A stretch of DNA of 64,000 bases from Cycas panzhihuaensis (taxonomy: Eukaryota; Plantae; Cycadophyta), in NCBI GenBank assembly GCA_023213395.1, contig CM041465.1, positions 225,129,741 through 225,193,740 of the forward strand, in the 5' to 3' direction. The translations under genes were made by a program, and so were the position numbers. Below, one piece after another: positions 50,560 to 64,000 of the stretch; within the stretch, counting starts at the first letter, position 1; each line of letters opens with the position of its first letter. The notes under the pieces are model-generated. The model was not told the origin of the DNA. It saw nothing but the letters and a program-made list of their open reading frames with translations, and did no database searches.

Positions 50560-53500
50560 TCAGAGAATATTAGTTTCTAAAGCATTCCTCGTATTCATCT
50601 TCTATCTCATATTTTACAATCCATTTAATATAAATATAAATACTACAATAAATGTAACCTACATATAAATAATGTGGCATATGTGTAAATCATTGAGTGA
50701 CCCCTATGACTCATGATTCAACACACTAATAAAAAATTATTAATAAGCCTAAACAACATGTAAACATTAAATATTCTAATACTCCACCTTAATATTTACA
50801 TCATTTATCCTAACACCTAAACCATCCTTGAGTATCTGAAATTTATCTAGAGCAAGTGGCTTGGTAAGCACGTTAACAAGTTAATCTTTTATAAGCTTGT
50901 ACACCATCTTGATCACTCCATTCTATATTAGTTGTTTGATAAAGTGATAGTGCACCTCAATAAGTTTCATGTGTATATGGAACACCTAGTTTTCAGTGAT
51001 CTTTAGTGTACTATGATTATTACAGTATAACTTAGTCATTTCTTACTAATGTAAACCCAGGTCTCCAAGAATCTATTATGAATAGATGACTTCATTAGTT
51101 ATTATAACTATAGCCTTATACTTTGCTTCAGTTAAGGAAAGAGTAGTATTGAATTATTTCTTATTACTCCATGTCATCCCAACTGATCCCAAACTAAAAC
51201 AATAACTAGAAGCTGACCTCATACTATTTGTACATCTCTATGAATCCCTCTAACTTAAATTTACTATTATGTATAAATTCAAACCCATATTATAGTATGT
51301 CCTTCAAGAACTTCAATATTCTTTTTATAGCTTTTGAGTAACTTTGCTTTGGTGATGTTATAAACCTTAACACTATTCCAACTACAAATGAAATACCAAG
51401 TTTGGTTGTAATCAAGTTGATGAGACTACCAATCAATTACTTATACAACATACCATCAATATTTATTCTATCGTTCTCTACTATTAATTTGAAACCTATC
51501 TCCATTGGGGTAGGCACATGCTTACAATCTTCTATTCTAAATTTCTTCATGATTTCCCAAGTATATTTTTCTTATAAGATAAAGACATGTTTAGGCCTTT
51601 TCTATACTTCCATTCCAAGGAAGTAATGAAGTGTTCCCAGATCTGTCATCTCAAGGATGTGACTCACATCTATCTTTAGGTCTAATATCATATTGATGTT
51701 ATTACATATGATTAATAAGTCAATAATTTGCAACACCATAAATATTACTCTATCATTTAAAGCTTTTATGTATAAGTTTGTGTTAACTAGATATCCCTTA
51801 AACCTATTTTCTAAAAAGTATTGATTAATTTTCTCATACGAAGCTCTTAGATCTCGTTTTAGGCCATACAAGGCATTTTTAAGTAGCCATACCTAATACT
51901 CATAATCTTTCTATATAAATCCATATCATTGATCTATGTAAACCTCTTTTATTAAGTCTCTATTAAGGAATTCACTCTTCACATACATGTAGTGAAATTA
52001 TCAATTGAATTGAGCAACCATCATCATAATGAGTGAAATAGCATTTATCTTTATAACTAGAGTATGCATCTCTTAGTAGTTGATTCCTTCTTACCACTTA
52101 AAGCCTCTAGCTATAAGTCTATCATTGTGTTTATCTATAGATCCATCCAAACTATACTCGATCCTATAGACCCCTTTACAATCAATTAATTACTTCCTAA
52201 TAAGCAATTCCACTAAATCCCTAGTGAAGTTTTTCCTTAATACTTGGATTTTAGTATCCATAATATCATTCTACTTTTTCTTATTAAATGCTTTCTCAAT
52301 AATAGAAGGCTTATATTCACTCAACACTCAAGCTATAAGAGCATAATTCACATGCTCAAAAGGCCATATTTTTTACTTTAGTTTATCCTCTATATTAGGG
52401 AACCACTTGTCAACATCCTCCATGGTTTTCAAGTACCACTAAGGCAACTTATTTTGTGAAGAAAGAGGTAGAGGTATGGGAGTTATTTTGGGATTAGGCT
52501 TAGGCTTAAGCTCGGGCTCTTAAAACTCGAATGATTCTATATCCACTATTTCACCAATATCAAATACAAATAATTCATTATTAGCCTGAGTTAGGTCCCA
52601 TGAAGAGTTGTATACATGTTGCTCCTAAATCTACTCCCTGACATCAATTAAACCCAATATGATTTGTCACCCTTATTGAAGATAACATCTTGAGTTGCGT
52701 GGACTTTCTTAGTTAGAAACTTGAAACTCTATAGGCTTTGCTCTCCTTAGAGAATCCTATAAGGATGTATTTAATGTTCTTATCATCTAACTTTTATCAT
52801 TTCTCTTTTCGGTTATACATGTATACAATACACCTAAAGACTCTAAAGTGATAGATATTTAGACTATTATCCATTAAATTCTCCTTAAGCATTTTACCTC
52901 TAACAACCTTTTTAGTATTTTTGTTAGTTAGATAAGTAATTGTATTTACAGTTTTAACCCATAAATAATTAGTAGCATCCTTGTCTTTTATCATGGACTT
53001 GGATTTTTTAACTAAGGTCTTATTCATCTACTTAGCTACCCCATTTTACTGAGGTATGTAGGCAATGGTAAATTATATTTTAATTCTATGATCCTTGTAA
53101 AATTGATTAAACTCATTTGTGGTAAATTCTCCATCATTATTAGTTTGTAGAATTTTAAGCTTATGCCTACTTTTACTTTTTATACTTTCTTTAAATAGTT
53201 TAAAATGGGTGAAGACATGAGATTTCTCTCTTAAGGGATACAACTAGACATTTTGTTAAAAAGTCATCAATGAAAGTGAGGAAATACTTGGCTTCTCTAA
53301 GTGATACAATTAGTATTGGTCTATTGATATCTGAGTATATCAAGACAAACTTCTCTTTGGCTCTATAGGCTTTCTTCCTAGGAGATGGTTCTTTGTATCG
53401 TTTACTTAAAATATAAGGTTCATACAAATAATCTTTAAGAGTAATTTTAGGAAGGCCATACACTATGTTTAACTTATGCATTAACTAAAACCTAGATTAG

Positions 53501-53880
53501 TATAAATATCCCATGCTTTCATATCAAATTTTTTATTTTAGACATATAACAAGGAAGGCTTTGTATGCTTCACAACACTATTATGGTTTATACAAGTTAT
53601 TATCTTTAATCCCTATAGTTATAGGCTTATTATGTTTATCTTAGACTATGTACTACTCTAGAGCACACATAACATTCATGTCTTATTATCCAATTTCACC
53701 CACTACAACAAGGTTGGCCTTCAAATTAGATACATAAAGTGCATTCTTTAAGTAATATTTCTCTCTATTTGATATCTTTATAGATATTTTTTCTATTCCA
53801 GTTGCCTTTAAATTAGAATAGTCTCTAATGGTGACATTTTGGTTGACCTCCCTGCAGATTAATTGAAACTTATCCTATTA
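50560..53880 (-). mobile_element. 5'-truncated copia element (PR-IN-RT-RH, PPT, 3' LTR)
   Basis: AKYFLTFIDDF (integrase); YGLK and MTDLGTLHYFLGMEV (RT); PPT CTCCACCTT at ~50782; LTR towards ~50560. Confidence 0.85.
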
Positions 53881-53884
53881 TTGT

Positions 53885-54290
53885 TGTGGAAAATTTAGAT
53901 ATCTTTTGAGTGGCTATCCATACAAAAGATTAGAGATATATAAAGGACAAAGAGTTTAGGGAACTATAGTAGTGAGAAGTCCAAATACTAAGAAGAAGCA
54001 ATTGTACTTATCATTGCATTATCCTCTTACACCCAAAATAATAAATGCCAATTCATAAATTCTTGAGCTTCAAATCATATGACATGAAGAGAAGACTAGT
54101 TTAAGACTCTTTATGCATATTTGTCAAACAAAATTATTGAACTTAGAAATAACTTTTCTTTATGCATACAAGGCAAAGGCACTATCACATTAAAAGTTAA
54201 TAAAGAAATAAAAATGATTGGTAATGTTCTGTTTATTTTTAGATTAAAAAAAGATCTTCTTTCTATTTCTTAGTTAAGAAAGAAAAAATT
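53885..54290 (+). mobile_element. copia zinc-knuckle/protease fragment in the opposite orientation
   Basis: FINS.ASNHMT (like WxxDSGASxHMT), then IQGKGTITL and NVLFIFRLKKDLLSIS. Confidence 0.65.
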
Positions 54291-56746
54291 TTGAATGTCT
54301 TCTTCATGATCTCGAGTCTTCCACTTTATTAAGTACTTATAAATTTCTCTAGAATATAGTTTCTTAGTTCATATCTATAATATATGTTATGGTTCTATTA
54401 TCATCTTGCATTCTTCATCTAATATTGGTAGTTCTATCTTTGGAAAGTTTATTTATCCTAACTTATGTTTGAGACATGAGATATGGAAGATATTATAGAT
54501 GTGATTACTTGGTGGTAAGTCAAGTCAGTATGCCACTTCTCCTACTTTGTTTAAAATTTGGTATGGGCCAAAGAACTAAGGTTATAATTTAAATTTACCT
54601 AATTATTTGACCATGGCTTGTTTATATGGTTAGAGCCTAAGGAATACCTAATCTCCTGCCTCAAATGATCTTTTTATTCTATGTAGGCTATCTTGCTTTT
54701 TCATAGGATTTATGGCTAAGTTTAGATTATCCTTAAGTATTTGCATTGTCCTCTCCATTTACTCTTACTATTCTTAAATAAATTAGACCCATGAGCTACT
54801 AGCCCATGCAAGGAACGATGGGGGTTCAAAGCCATATAATGATTGGAAGGGGGTTGTTTTAACAAATATATAGTAGGTGGTGTTATACTACCATGTAATG
54901 AAGTAAAGTTATTTATGCTATTTCTATTATTTATTGGATGTAAATTTTCATGGATATCCTTCTTAACATTTATTTACTATCTCAATTTGATTATTAGTTT
55001 GTGGATGATAAATTTTGCTCATGAAAAAATTTGTATTAATTTACTTGAACAATTCTTACTAGATGTCACTTGTGAACTTGTGATTATGATCACTTACAAT
55101 GACTTTTAAGAATCTATAAAGACAATGGATCTCCTTACTGAAGAGTATGATAATTTGATTTACTTTTGTAGTTGCTTAGATTTCTCTAAAATAGGCATGT
55201 TTGATTAGGTGGTTAACTGCAATGAAGATTATATCCTTCCCTTCTAACTTGAGAAGCCTTGTTATAAAATCCATTAATTTTTCTTTTAATTTTTATTATA
55301 GTATATGAAGGGGTTGAAGTAACCAAAATATCTTTATGCTTTTATTCTTATTCCTTTAACACATGTTGCATTTTGAGATGAACTTGTGAATGTCTACTTT
55401 TATTCTCTTCCAAGAAAACATATTACAAACTTGATGATAGGTCTTATCAAGATTAACATGTCTTATTGTTGGAGTGGAGAGTGCCTCAAGAAAAATTTTA
55501 TTCTTAAATATGGACATTATTGATACAATGATCTTTCCCTTCCATAAAATTAGGTCATCTTTGAGTTTATACTTAATTTGTCCTCTTGTGAGAATTTCTT
55601 ATAATATTTTCTAGGTTGCCAGCTCACCTAGATATGTTGGAGTTAAGTCATGGGTCTGACTTGGGATGGTTATGGAAATTGCCTATATGGAAATATCCTT
55701 GGGGATTCATGATAATGTATCTACAATGTTTTCTTTTCTTTTCTTATAAATAATTTTAAAATTAAATATTTGAAGTTTACTTACTTATTTTTGCTACTCA
55801 TCTAATAATGCTTTCTAATATAAGAAGTATTTAGGACTATTATGATCAGTCTTAACCATGAATTTATTTCCTAATAGATACTTTCATCATTGGTGTATAG
55901 CATGCATACTTGCTAGCATCTCCTTATCATAAATAGTATTTAATCAATCTCTTGTATTCATCTTGTAACTTTCATATACTAATGGTTGGTTGTCTTATAG
56001 AAATATGACTTCTATCTCTACTCCTAATGCATCATATCTTAGAAAGAATAGGTAGCTAAATTCTAGTACTATGGGAACTAGGGATATTGCCATTATTCTT
56101 TTTAACCCTTGAAATGTTACCTCGGTAGGTTCGCTCCATATGAATGTATCCTTTTTAGTTAAATAAATTAATAAGGATTCAATGCTAATGTATCTCTTAA
56201 TGAAACAACATAAAAACCTTACTATGCCTAAGAAGCTTCTTACATTGGTTATATTTCTTGATGTGGGCCAATCTATAATTCCTTAGAACTAATTATTTTC
56301 TAATATTTAGATTATTGTCTTAAGATGCTCTAAATACTCCTCCTATGTTTTGATATAAATTAAAATATCATCAAATAGCACTAACATAAATTTACATTAA
56401 AAAGGTTATAATACTATATTCATGGTACTTTAGAATGTGGCTAGCACATTAGTTATGCCCATACAAAATTTAAATTACCCTTTGTAGTTTCATAAGGCTA
56501 TATTGTATACATCATTAGCTTTGATGCAGATTTAGTAGTACTCCAAGTATAGTTCTATTATTGAAAAGTATTAAGTTCTATATAATTCATCAAGTAGGCC
56601 ATTTATTCAAGGAATGGGGTGTCAATTCCTAATGATGAACTTATTGAGCCATTCATAGTTTATGCATATATGGTATGACCCATCCTTCTTTCGAATGAAG
56701 ATTGTTAGAGATATTAAAGGATTAGAATTGAGAGCAATATACTCTT

Positions 56747-59700
56747 TGAAAAGAGTGGATCTATCCTTCATTTCCATGCACTAAATACAAAGGCAACCAT
56801 GGGAGTAAGAGAGACTTGAGAGTAAGAGAGTATCTCTCACAAAATGGGGAGGTGAGAATGAGCCTCCTCCATTGATCTTGTACTTTTATATTAAGAGAGG
56901 GAGCATTAGAGTTAAGTAAAATAAAATTATATATAATGCACATAAAAGTGCATTTCACTTAAGTGATCTAGTTTAAAGTTCCCTTAAGACCCTTTTTAGA
57001 AGTAATTAACTAATGTAATGACCATGTGACATTAACCCGTTTCAATCTCCCCCTTAATGGTATAAGGTCATTTCATCCTATTTTATTCTATCCTATGAGG
57101 TCTTTATTTGAGTCTCTTATAAAGCAAACTACTATGCAACTTTTGCAGGAAAGCCTCATGGAGAAGAAAACCCATAAACTTTTTAATCTATTAACTTGGC
57201 TCAGGTGGCTCTTTAAATGAATCTAGATAGCCAATCAATACAATGAATTTTATACTTGAAATCTATTAAGTATCCATATACCATTTAGTCATCCTTCATG
57301 CCCTTTTAGGTTTTAATAGGTTCTGATTTTTCAAAATAATACAACCCATATCCTTTCGCGTTCAGAAGGGGTTTTCATGAATGGGATAGAGTAGAGACTT
57401 ACTCTTATCTTTCCATATCCACAAGGGGTTTTTACAAATGAGACAGAGTATGATGGTCCTTTTATCATCTCCTTTAATCAGTTGGAGATGGAGGCCCTAA
57501 AAATGAGTTACATTCAGAACTGTTCAAACTTAACCCTCTTCAGTGGTTTGGTGAAGATATCAGCCACTTGATCTATTATGGGACAGTACTTTAATTGAAT
57601 TGTAATATCTTTCATACTTATATATTTGGTATGATCATAAAATATAATATTTTTAGCCATTTAGATTATAGACTAATTATCTATATGTAAGCTAGTAGAA
57701 CTTGTTTAGGTGGTAATTAATATGTTTAATAATTTTCTTTTGAGTTACTTCAATTTTCAAGTAATATTTCATCAACCTGAAGTCAAACAATCTAAAAGTT
57801 TTAGCAAGGTCCTTCTTTAGCTAGCTGATTACCTGTTCACTATTTCCCGTTATTAGCATATGATCCAAAAAGAGTAAGAGGTATGTAACTTTATCATTTT
57901 GGTGCTTAATGAATAATGTTGCATCAATATCTTGATAGGCACAAGCCTCATATCTAAGTTGCCTCATTCTTTCAGGTAACTTAGTAAACTAAGCATGAGG
58001 GGCTTACTTTAGGCCGTATAAGGACTTTCTGAGCCTACAAACCTTATGCTCCTGACCAACAATCTCGTATCCTTCTGGTTGTGCGATGTAGATTTCTTCT
58101 TTAAGGTCCTCATTGAGAAATGCAGTCTTAACATCGAGTTGGTAGATTTTCTAATCCTGTTGAGCAGCCAAGGCTATAAGAGTTCTGATTATAGGACACT
58201 TAGTTGTAAGAGCAAAGATTTTAGTGTAGTTGATGCATTCCCTTTGTGTGACTCCTTTTGCTACCAACATTGCCTTGTATTTTTCTAGGGTGCCATATGA
58301 TCTATACTTATTTTTTAACACCCGTTTATTTTGAACTACCTTTCTTCCAAGTGGTAGATCAACAAGCTCCCATGTACTGTTCTTGATAAGAAATTAGTAC
58401 TCTTCATTCATGGCATTTCTCTAAGCTGTATGCTTTACAACTTCTTGGTACGTTAAGGGCTCTTCATTAAGAGAAATGTGTAGTTCTCCTAGTTCAAGCT
58501 CAATGGAAAGTTATTCATGTATCTTTGCTATATGGGTACTTCTAGTGCTAATTTTGCCTACCTCATCTAGTCGCATGTCCTTATGTAGTTAGTAGGCTTC
58601 ATAAAAACCTTGAGTTGGGAATGAGGTTTTTATTTCTACAGCCTCTTGATCTTCGTTTTGATTGTAAAAAGGATCATGTGAAATGTTTGGCATAGAGGAA
58701 GTTGACAATACTGGAGAAGATGGGCTAGCCACTAATATTGGAGAAGGTGGTCCTTCTGTTATGGCTTTGCCTTTGTTAACTTAGCTTATCTCAAATGATG
58801 GTGCTAGATATACATACATTGGCTGAAAGTCACAACTTGTATCCTCCAGGGCTCTATTATCAGATTCCAAGATTTTGAGCAACTGTTGAGCATCCCCCCT
58901 TAAATTTTAGAATTTGGACATCAAATTGAGTAGCATCATTAAATCGGTACGAGGGTATCTTAGAGTTAAGTTTGAGTAATTTCTCTTCAGTCTTCGTAAA
59001 GATAACATCTCTAGTGATGATGATTTTACATTGTAAAGGTAGAAAAACCTTGTATCCCTTTTTATCAATACGGTCTTTAATAAAGATACCTTTGACTGCT
59101 CTATCTTAGAGCCTATTTATGTGTTCCTCTAAAATGTGAGCATAACAAGTAGAGCCAAAAATTTTGAAGCAGGAGATAGAGGGGATTTATCTATACCACA
59201 TTTCATATGGAGAGGAGCTAAGTTTGAAGGGACTAATAGTGTTGATGCAATACATAGCAGTCTATACATACTTAGCCCAAAGATAAACAAGGATATTCTT
59301 ATATACCAGCATAGCACAAGCCATGTTTATGATGGTTGTGTTCATGCACTTGACAACTCTATTTTGCTAGGATGTACCTACAACAATGGTCTAATGTTTG
59401 ATCCTATGGTGACATAGGTACAATTCAAACTCATTAGAGATGTACTCATAACCATTGTTAATCATGAGTATTTTGATCTTGAATCCATATTCATTTTCCA
59501 CACAGGCCTTGGAGAGAAAGGATGGGTATAAGACTACATATATCTGAGTGTACAAGCTATAAAGGTTGGTTAGATTTCCACTGACTACAAGGAAAGGGTT
59601 GTCTTTGAGATTTAACAATGATATATGCTTCATACTTAAAGGGCTTAGAGGAGAGCCTAGGCATATCATGAAGAGTGGCATATAGTTCTCTTAAATGATC

Positions 59701-62700
59701 AGTTTTGATATGGCCTATACAAGAATGCCATAGGGCCGCTTAGGACAACGTTTGAGGAGTTAGGGTTGTGTTAAAAGTAGATTCATTATCAACATAGTTA
59801 GCTTTAGAGGATGGTGAGCCAGTTACGTGAAAAATTTTACTATTAAGAATTCTAGTCATAACACAATATTTGAAGGAGGGTGAATGACATAGAGAGTTTG
59901 ATTATTTTCAGTTACACTCAGATAAAATCCATGAGAGACAAGGGTGGATAGGGAGAGCAGGTTCTACTTCAGAGTAGGAATATATAAAACATCAACAAGG
60001 GTAAAATCTAGAAGGCCTGGGAGTTTCAGGCAAACAGTTCCAAGTCCTTCCACTGGCTGAGATGATTTGTCAGCCATGTGTATAACACCACTTCATATTC
60101 AAAATCCTAAAAGAACTAGTGATGACAAGGCATATGTTGTATTGCTTTAGTATCCATGATCCAAGATTAAGTATTTAAGATGGCACTATTTGTAACTCCA
60201 AGTTATGAAGGCAAAAGTGAATAAGCATAACTACAATGAGCCTCAATATACTTAGTGGATCTATCAATAACATTTAATGAAGTGGTCTCAATTCTTTAAA
60301 GGTATGCATAAGCAAATTACGTTCCACTAAAAGCATCTTCAAAAGAAGTATTGTCAATATTATATGCACCATGGCACTGCTGATAGCTTGGTAGTTTGTT
60401 GGTAGAAGTTCTACAATTTTTAGCATAGTGTTCTTTTCTATGACACCTTTGGCATACAATTATTTGATTTCCAATCCTATAAGAAGAATTGGACTGGTTG
60501 GATTGTCTCTAATTGCTAGATCTAGGTCTAGGTTGATTATTTTATCCTTAGTTTTAAGATTGTTTTTGTTGGAGTTGAGGAGCATGTTGACTAAGAGAAC
60601 ATTGTCCTTGTTGTCTACCTTTGCCTCTTCTGCAATAATTACTACCTCTACGAGAGTATTGACCATGATTTTTGGTATAAAAAATATCTTCTTCAACTTC
60701 AAAAGTAGCATCGGCTGGATCTGATGTCGTGGTAAAGTTGGTATCGAAGGTCTTATCAAATTCAATGAACTTATCAACAAGAGCCTCAAAGTTTAGGGTC
60801 TTTAAAGTGGAACTAGGTTAAAGATTTCCTAGTAGACTTTTGTAATCTAGGATATGGAGACACGATTGAATCAAGAAAACCCATGCAATACATTAAGTTT
60901 TGAAATATTTATTAATGGTTTGCTTGATTGGACGAAGGAGATTGATTATCTTACTTGCGTGTCCTTTCTACATTTTCAATTTGTTCATCTTCTGCACTAA
61001 GTGAACAATTCTAAGTTTGATTTAGTGTCAAATTTCTTCTTGAAAACTTCAAGAACTTTCCATGATGTATCATATATGGCTTTATCAATGAGATTATGTA
61101 GGGAATAATTAGTGACAAGAAGTATCCCTACATAAATTTTATCATCATCAAGTTCCCATTGGCATTTGACTGTAGCTTCAATAAGAGCAATTGGAGTAGC
61201 TCCTCCAGAAGTAGTTATGGTAACTATAGTAGTAATAAATGGTGTACGTTGCAAGTGATCTCTATAAAGACTTTCATACTTTATAATATTTTTGACACTA
61301 GTGAACCACATGTCCTAATTTTTTTTCTCTTTAAGAATGCAATTCACATTTTGCTTAAACTGTGAAGACATGGTATCTTTTGAGAAAGGAAGAAATGAAC
61401 AAAGGACTATAAAAGTGATGGCAATAAATGACTAATCACTATTTATAAATGGGAGATGCAATAAAGTAATGTAGCAAAAGGAAGAAGAAGTGAGAATGGC
61501 TGCTCAAAGATGAAGGGAGCAACTTAGAGAATTTTCATAAACACTTGTGGCAGATATTAAATAATACAGTAGGAATATGAGAAGCACTATAATTGTGATT
61601 ACACTATGGATCACTTTTTACAAATAAGTAAGTGATCAATATACAAGATTGTAGGCCAATGTAGAAGCTGACATCATTGGATGTACACAACTTGAAACTC
61701 AAATATAGGATACGTAATCAACCCAATAACCTCTAACTTATGTCCAATATGTAGTTGAGATTATTGAAGGGATGCTTAGACTTCTAGTAGAATTAAGTTA
61801 ACCTTCACCCGTGATACCTACAATTATGCTTGGTGATGAAATCCAAGTCATAACGGAGCCTAGGTACTCTCAATCCTCATCCAGTTCACCAATGAGCAGT
61901 TATATACCTCCTCTGAAGAGTGTTGCGTACATACCCATGGCTATAATAGATATTAGATTATGTATATTTTAGTCTTATATTAAAGTTTTAGTTTTCCTAG
62001 TTAGTTATCAAGATGATCCCTGATTGATGTACGATGATATGGCTAACCAAACCTCACCAATATTTTGGTTTAGTCTAATCCCAACTTGAAACCCACACCT
62101 CTTTTATGGTACGACATTTTACCAACCAAGATATCTCAACCTTGGTAAGTGTGTATAGTACAATATTATAGAAAATAATGTACATGATCTGTTCCTTTTA
62201 GGGAGAGTGAAAAGATTATCAAATTTGCATCAAACATACATATAATTGAAAATAGAGTGCTTGCTTGGAGTATCTTTAGAGTACTTGCTTGAAGTAATTT
62301 TGGAGTGCTAAAATGTAATGCTGATAAGTGAGTGAGGACATCAGATATTGCTCTTATCTATGTGTTTTTTTTTACTCACTTTTACAATGGGCTTTTAAGC
62401 CTTATAAAAAGAAGGAAGAAAATTTTCACTTTTTTTTTTTTAATACAAAAAAGTAGTCTTCACTAAAATAACAATAATTTTCTCCCATGATAACAAAGTT
62501 GAGTGTTAATTTTTGTGCTATAAACTAGACTCAGAGTTATATCTTTAGGAAGTAGAATCAAATCCAAATGAGTTCTACAAAATTTTTGGCAATCCCGTAA
62601 AGTTAGCAAAATATATATTTTTAAAATTCTTACTAAAAGTAATTATCGTTCACTAAAACAATAATAACTTTCCTATACGGTAACGAAATTAGGTGCCAAC

Positions 62701-63611
62701 TTTTATGTTGAAAACTAGACTTAGAGCCTCATCTTTAACAATTTAAATTAGGTTAATTGGAGCTCTGTAGAAGTTTTGGTAAAGCTATGAATTTTAGTAA
62801 TCATATCTTATTTCTGCATAAAATTTAGCTTGCAAATATCTCATTAATACATGATACCATATGAAATTTCCATCATTTTTTTATCACCAGGATCCCAATA
62901 TAGACAAGGTGAGAGAATGCAATAATGGATATTTTAAATGGCTCCAAATTCGTAAAAAAAGTAGGTAGAACCTCCCCTTATAATCATTTTTCTAAAAGCT
63001 AAAAAAATTTCGACAGTATTTTCCCTTATTAAATGGATAAAAATAGGGGAAAGAAAAGAAGAATAAGATAGCATAAATGGCTACTAAAGGATTAGAATCC
63101 TTGGGCCTTATAACTCCTTATATTGTGCTTCTAAACCTAGAAAAGAGAAAGGTAAAGCAAATAATATTAAATATACTATGATAAAAGCTTGAAAATATTT
63201 CTAAATCCACTTTCACAATCTCCTTCACCATATGGATTATAGGAGAGAAGGAAGTGATGGCTCCATTGCAAGAGCAAGTGAGGAATATAAAGGAAGGAAT
63301 CTCTAATGCCACATGAAAAGAGTGGATCTATCATTCATCTCCATGTACTAAATACAAAGGCAAACATGGGAGTAAGAGAGACTTGAGAGAAAGAGAGTAA
63401 CTCTCACAAAATGGGGAGGTTAGAATGAGCCTCCTCCATTGAGCTTTCACTTTTATATTAAGAGATGGAGCATTAGAGTTAGCTGAAATGAAATTACACA
63501 TAATGCACATGAAAATATATTTCATTTAAGTGATCTAATTTAAAGTTCACTTAAGACCCTTTTCAGAAATAATCAACTAATGTAATAACCTTGTGACATT
63601 AACCCATTTCA
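56747..63611 (-). mobile_element. full-length Ty1/copia element 'Copia-C' with internal deletions
   Basis: 298-bp LTRs at 56747-57044 and 63314-63611 (TGAAA...TTTCA). PBS-like CTCTAATGCCA at 63301-63311. PPT CTCCCCCTT at 57047-57055. Flanks CTCTT/CCCTT. gag from ~61371, CCHC CQRCHRKEHYAKNC, integrase, RT and QVADIFTKPL. Confidence 0.92.
62445..62730. repeat. ~190-bp direct repeat in the Copia-C 5' UTR
   Basis: TTCACTAAAA.AA.AATAA...AAACTAGACT.AGAG at ~62459 and ~62649. Confidence 0.75.
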
Positions 63612-64000
63612 CCCTTATGGTAAGAGTTCATGTGTAATTCATTTGATCTTCCATTTGGAGTGATATAAGTGATAATATGGTTATATGTTTATTAGTGTAG
63701 CTCTTAGTACTAATTTGATATTGTGCTTACATCCACGACTTGGTAATAACCTTTTAAGTGGGTCTTCAAAAATCCTACTATGTTGGTTAATAAGGCTTTA
63801 TACTTCTTTTAGAACATCATTAATTAAGATTCTATAGTATGTCATCAAGTATGAGGCTAAAGTTTTCCTTAATAACTTCTCCATTAATGTCATTAGTTTA
63901 GTTGATAGTGTGGGTAGTGCCTACAACTTACACTTGTGTCTCTTCTAGAAAAAACTTATAAAATGGATCTTCTAGTTGGTAATAATATTCTTGAGATTCT

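Larger units (their letters stand above)
54295..64000 (-). mobile_element. chromoviral gypsy pol remnant, split by Copia-C and continuing past the window end
   Basis: RT, RNase H, integrase and chromodomain remnants at 54295-56746 (RKKDGSYHICINY, LFDDIL, FFGPYQIL, YLIKWK). The reading resumes at 63612-64000 (PY.H...ELL..G), contiguous across the insertion. Confidence 0.85.

Noticed and set aside
56761-56958. Duplicated ~65-aa ORF (also at 63331-63525)
   Set aside because: It lies within the two LTRs of Copia-C; the duplication reflects LTR identity, not a gene.

Overview
AT-rich plant nuclear DNA, in the style of a large-genome seed plant such as a gymnosperm (inferred; the species cannot be determined). 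It holds one intact host gene, an intronless 566-aa NSP2-like GRAS transcription factor (42317-44017, +), which sits in a CpG-rich island. Nearly everything else is old, transition-decayed retroelements. These include two full-length Ty1/copia elements (22228-35860 and 56747-63611) and one cut off by the window start (1-5280). There are also two chromoviral Ty3/gypsy elements, a gag-protease-only Tat/Ogre-like element, an L1 LINE remnant with an internal triplication, and further LTR and pol fragments. One locus is nested at least three, probably four, levels deep and ends in a 322-bp TRIM with a perfect TSD. The most notable observations are: (1) a ~510-nt, highly structured (IRES- or packaging-signal-like) leader placed just before gag in two copia elements whose gag and LTRs are otherwise dissimilar; (2) prion-like Q/G/Y/F repeats beside the Gag zinc knuckle in those same two elements; (3) LTRs followed by PBS + LTR-tip units; (4) no miR171-type site and an in-frame uORF in the NSP2-like gene. 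All alignments and folds were made by eye, and boundaries of degraded elements are approximate.
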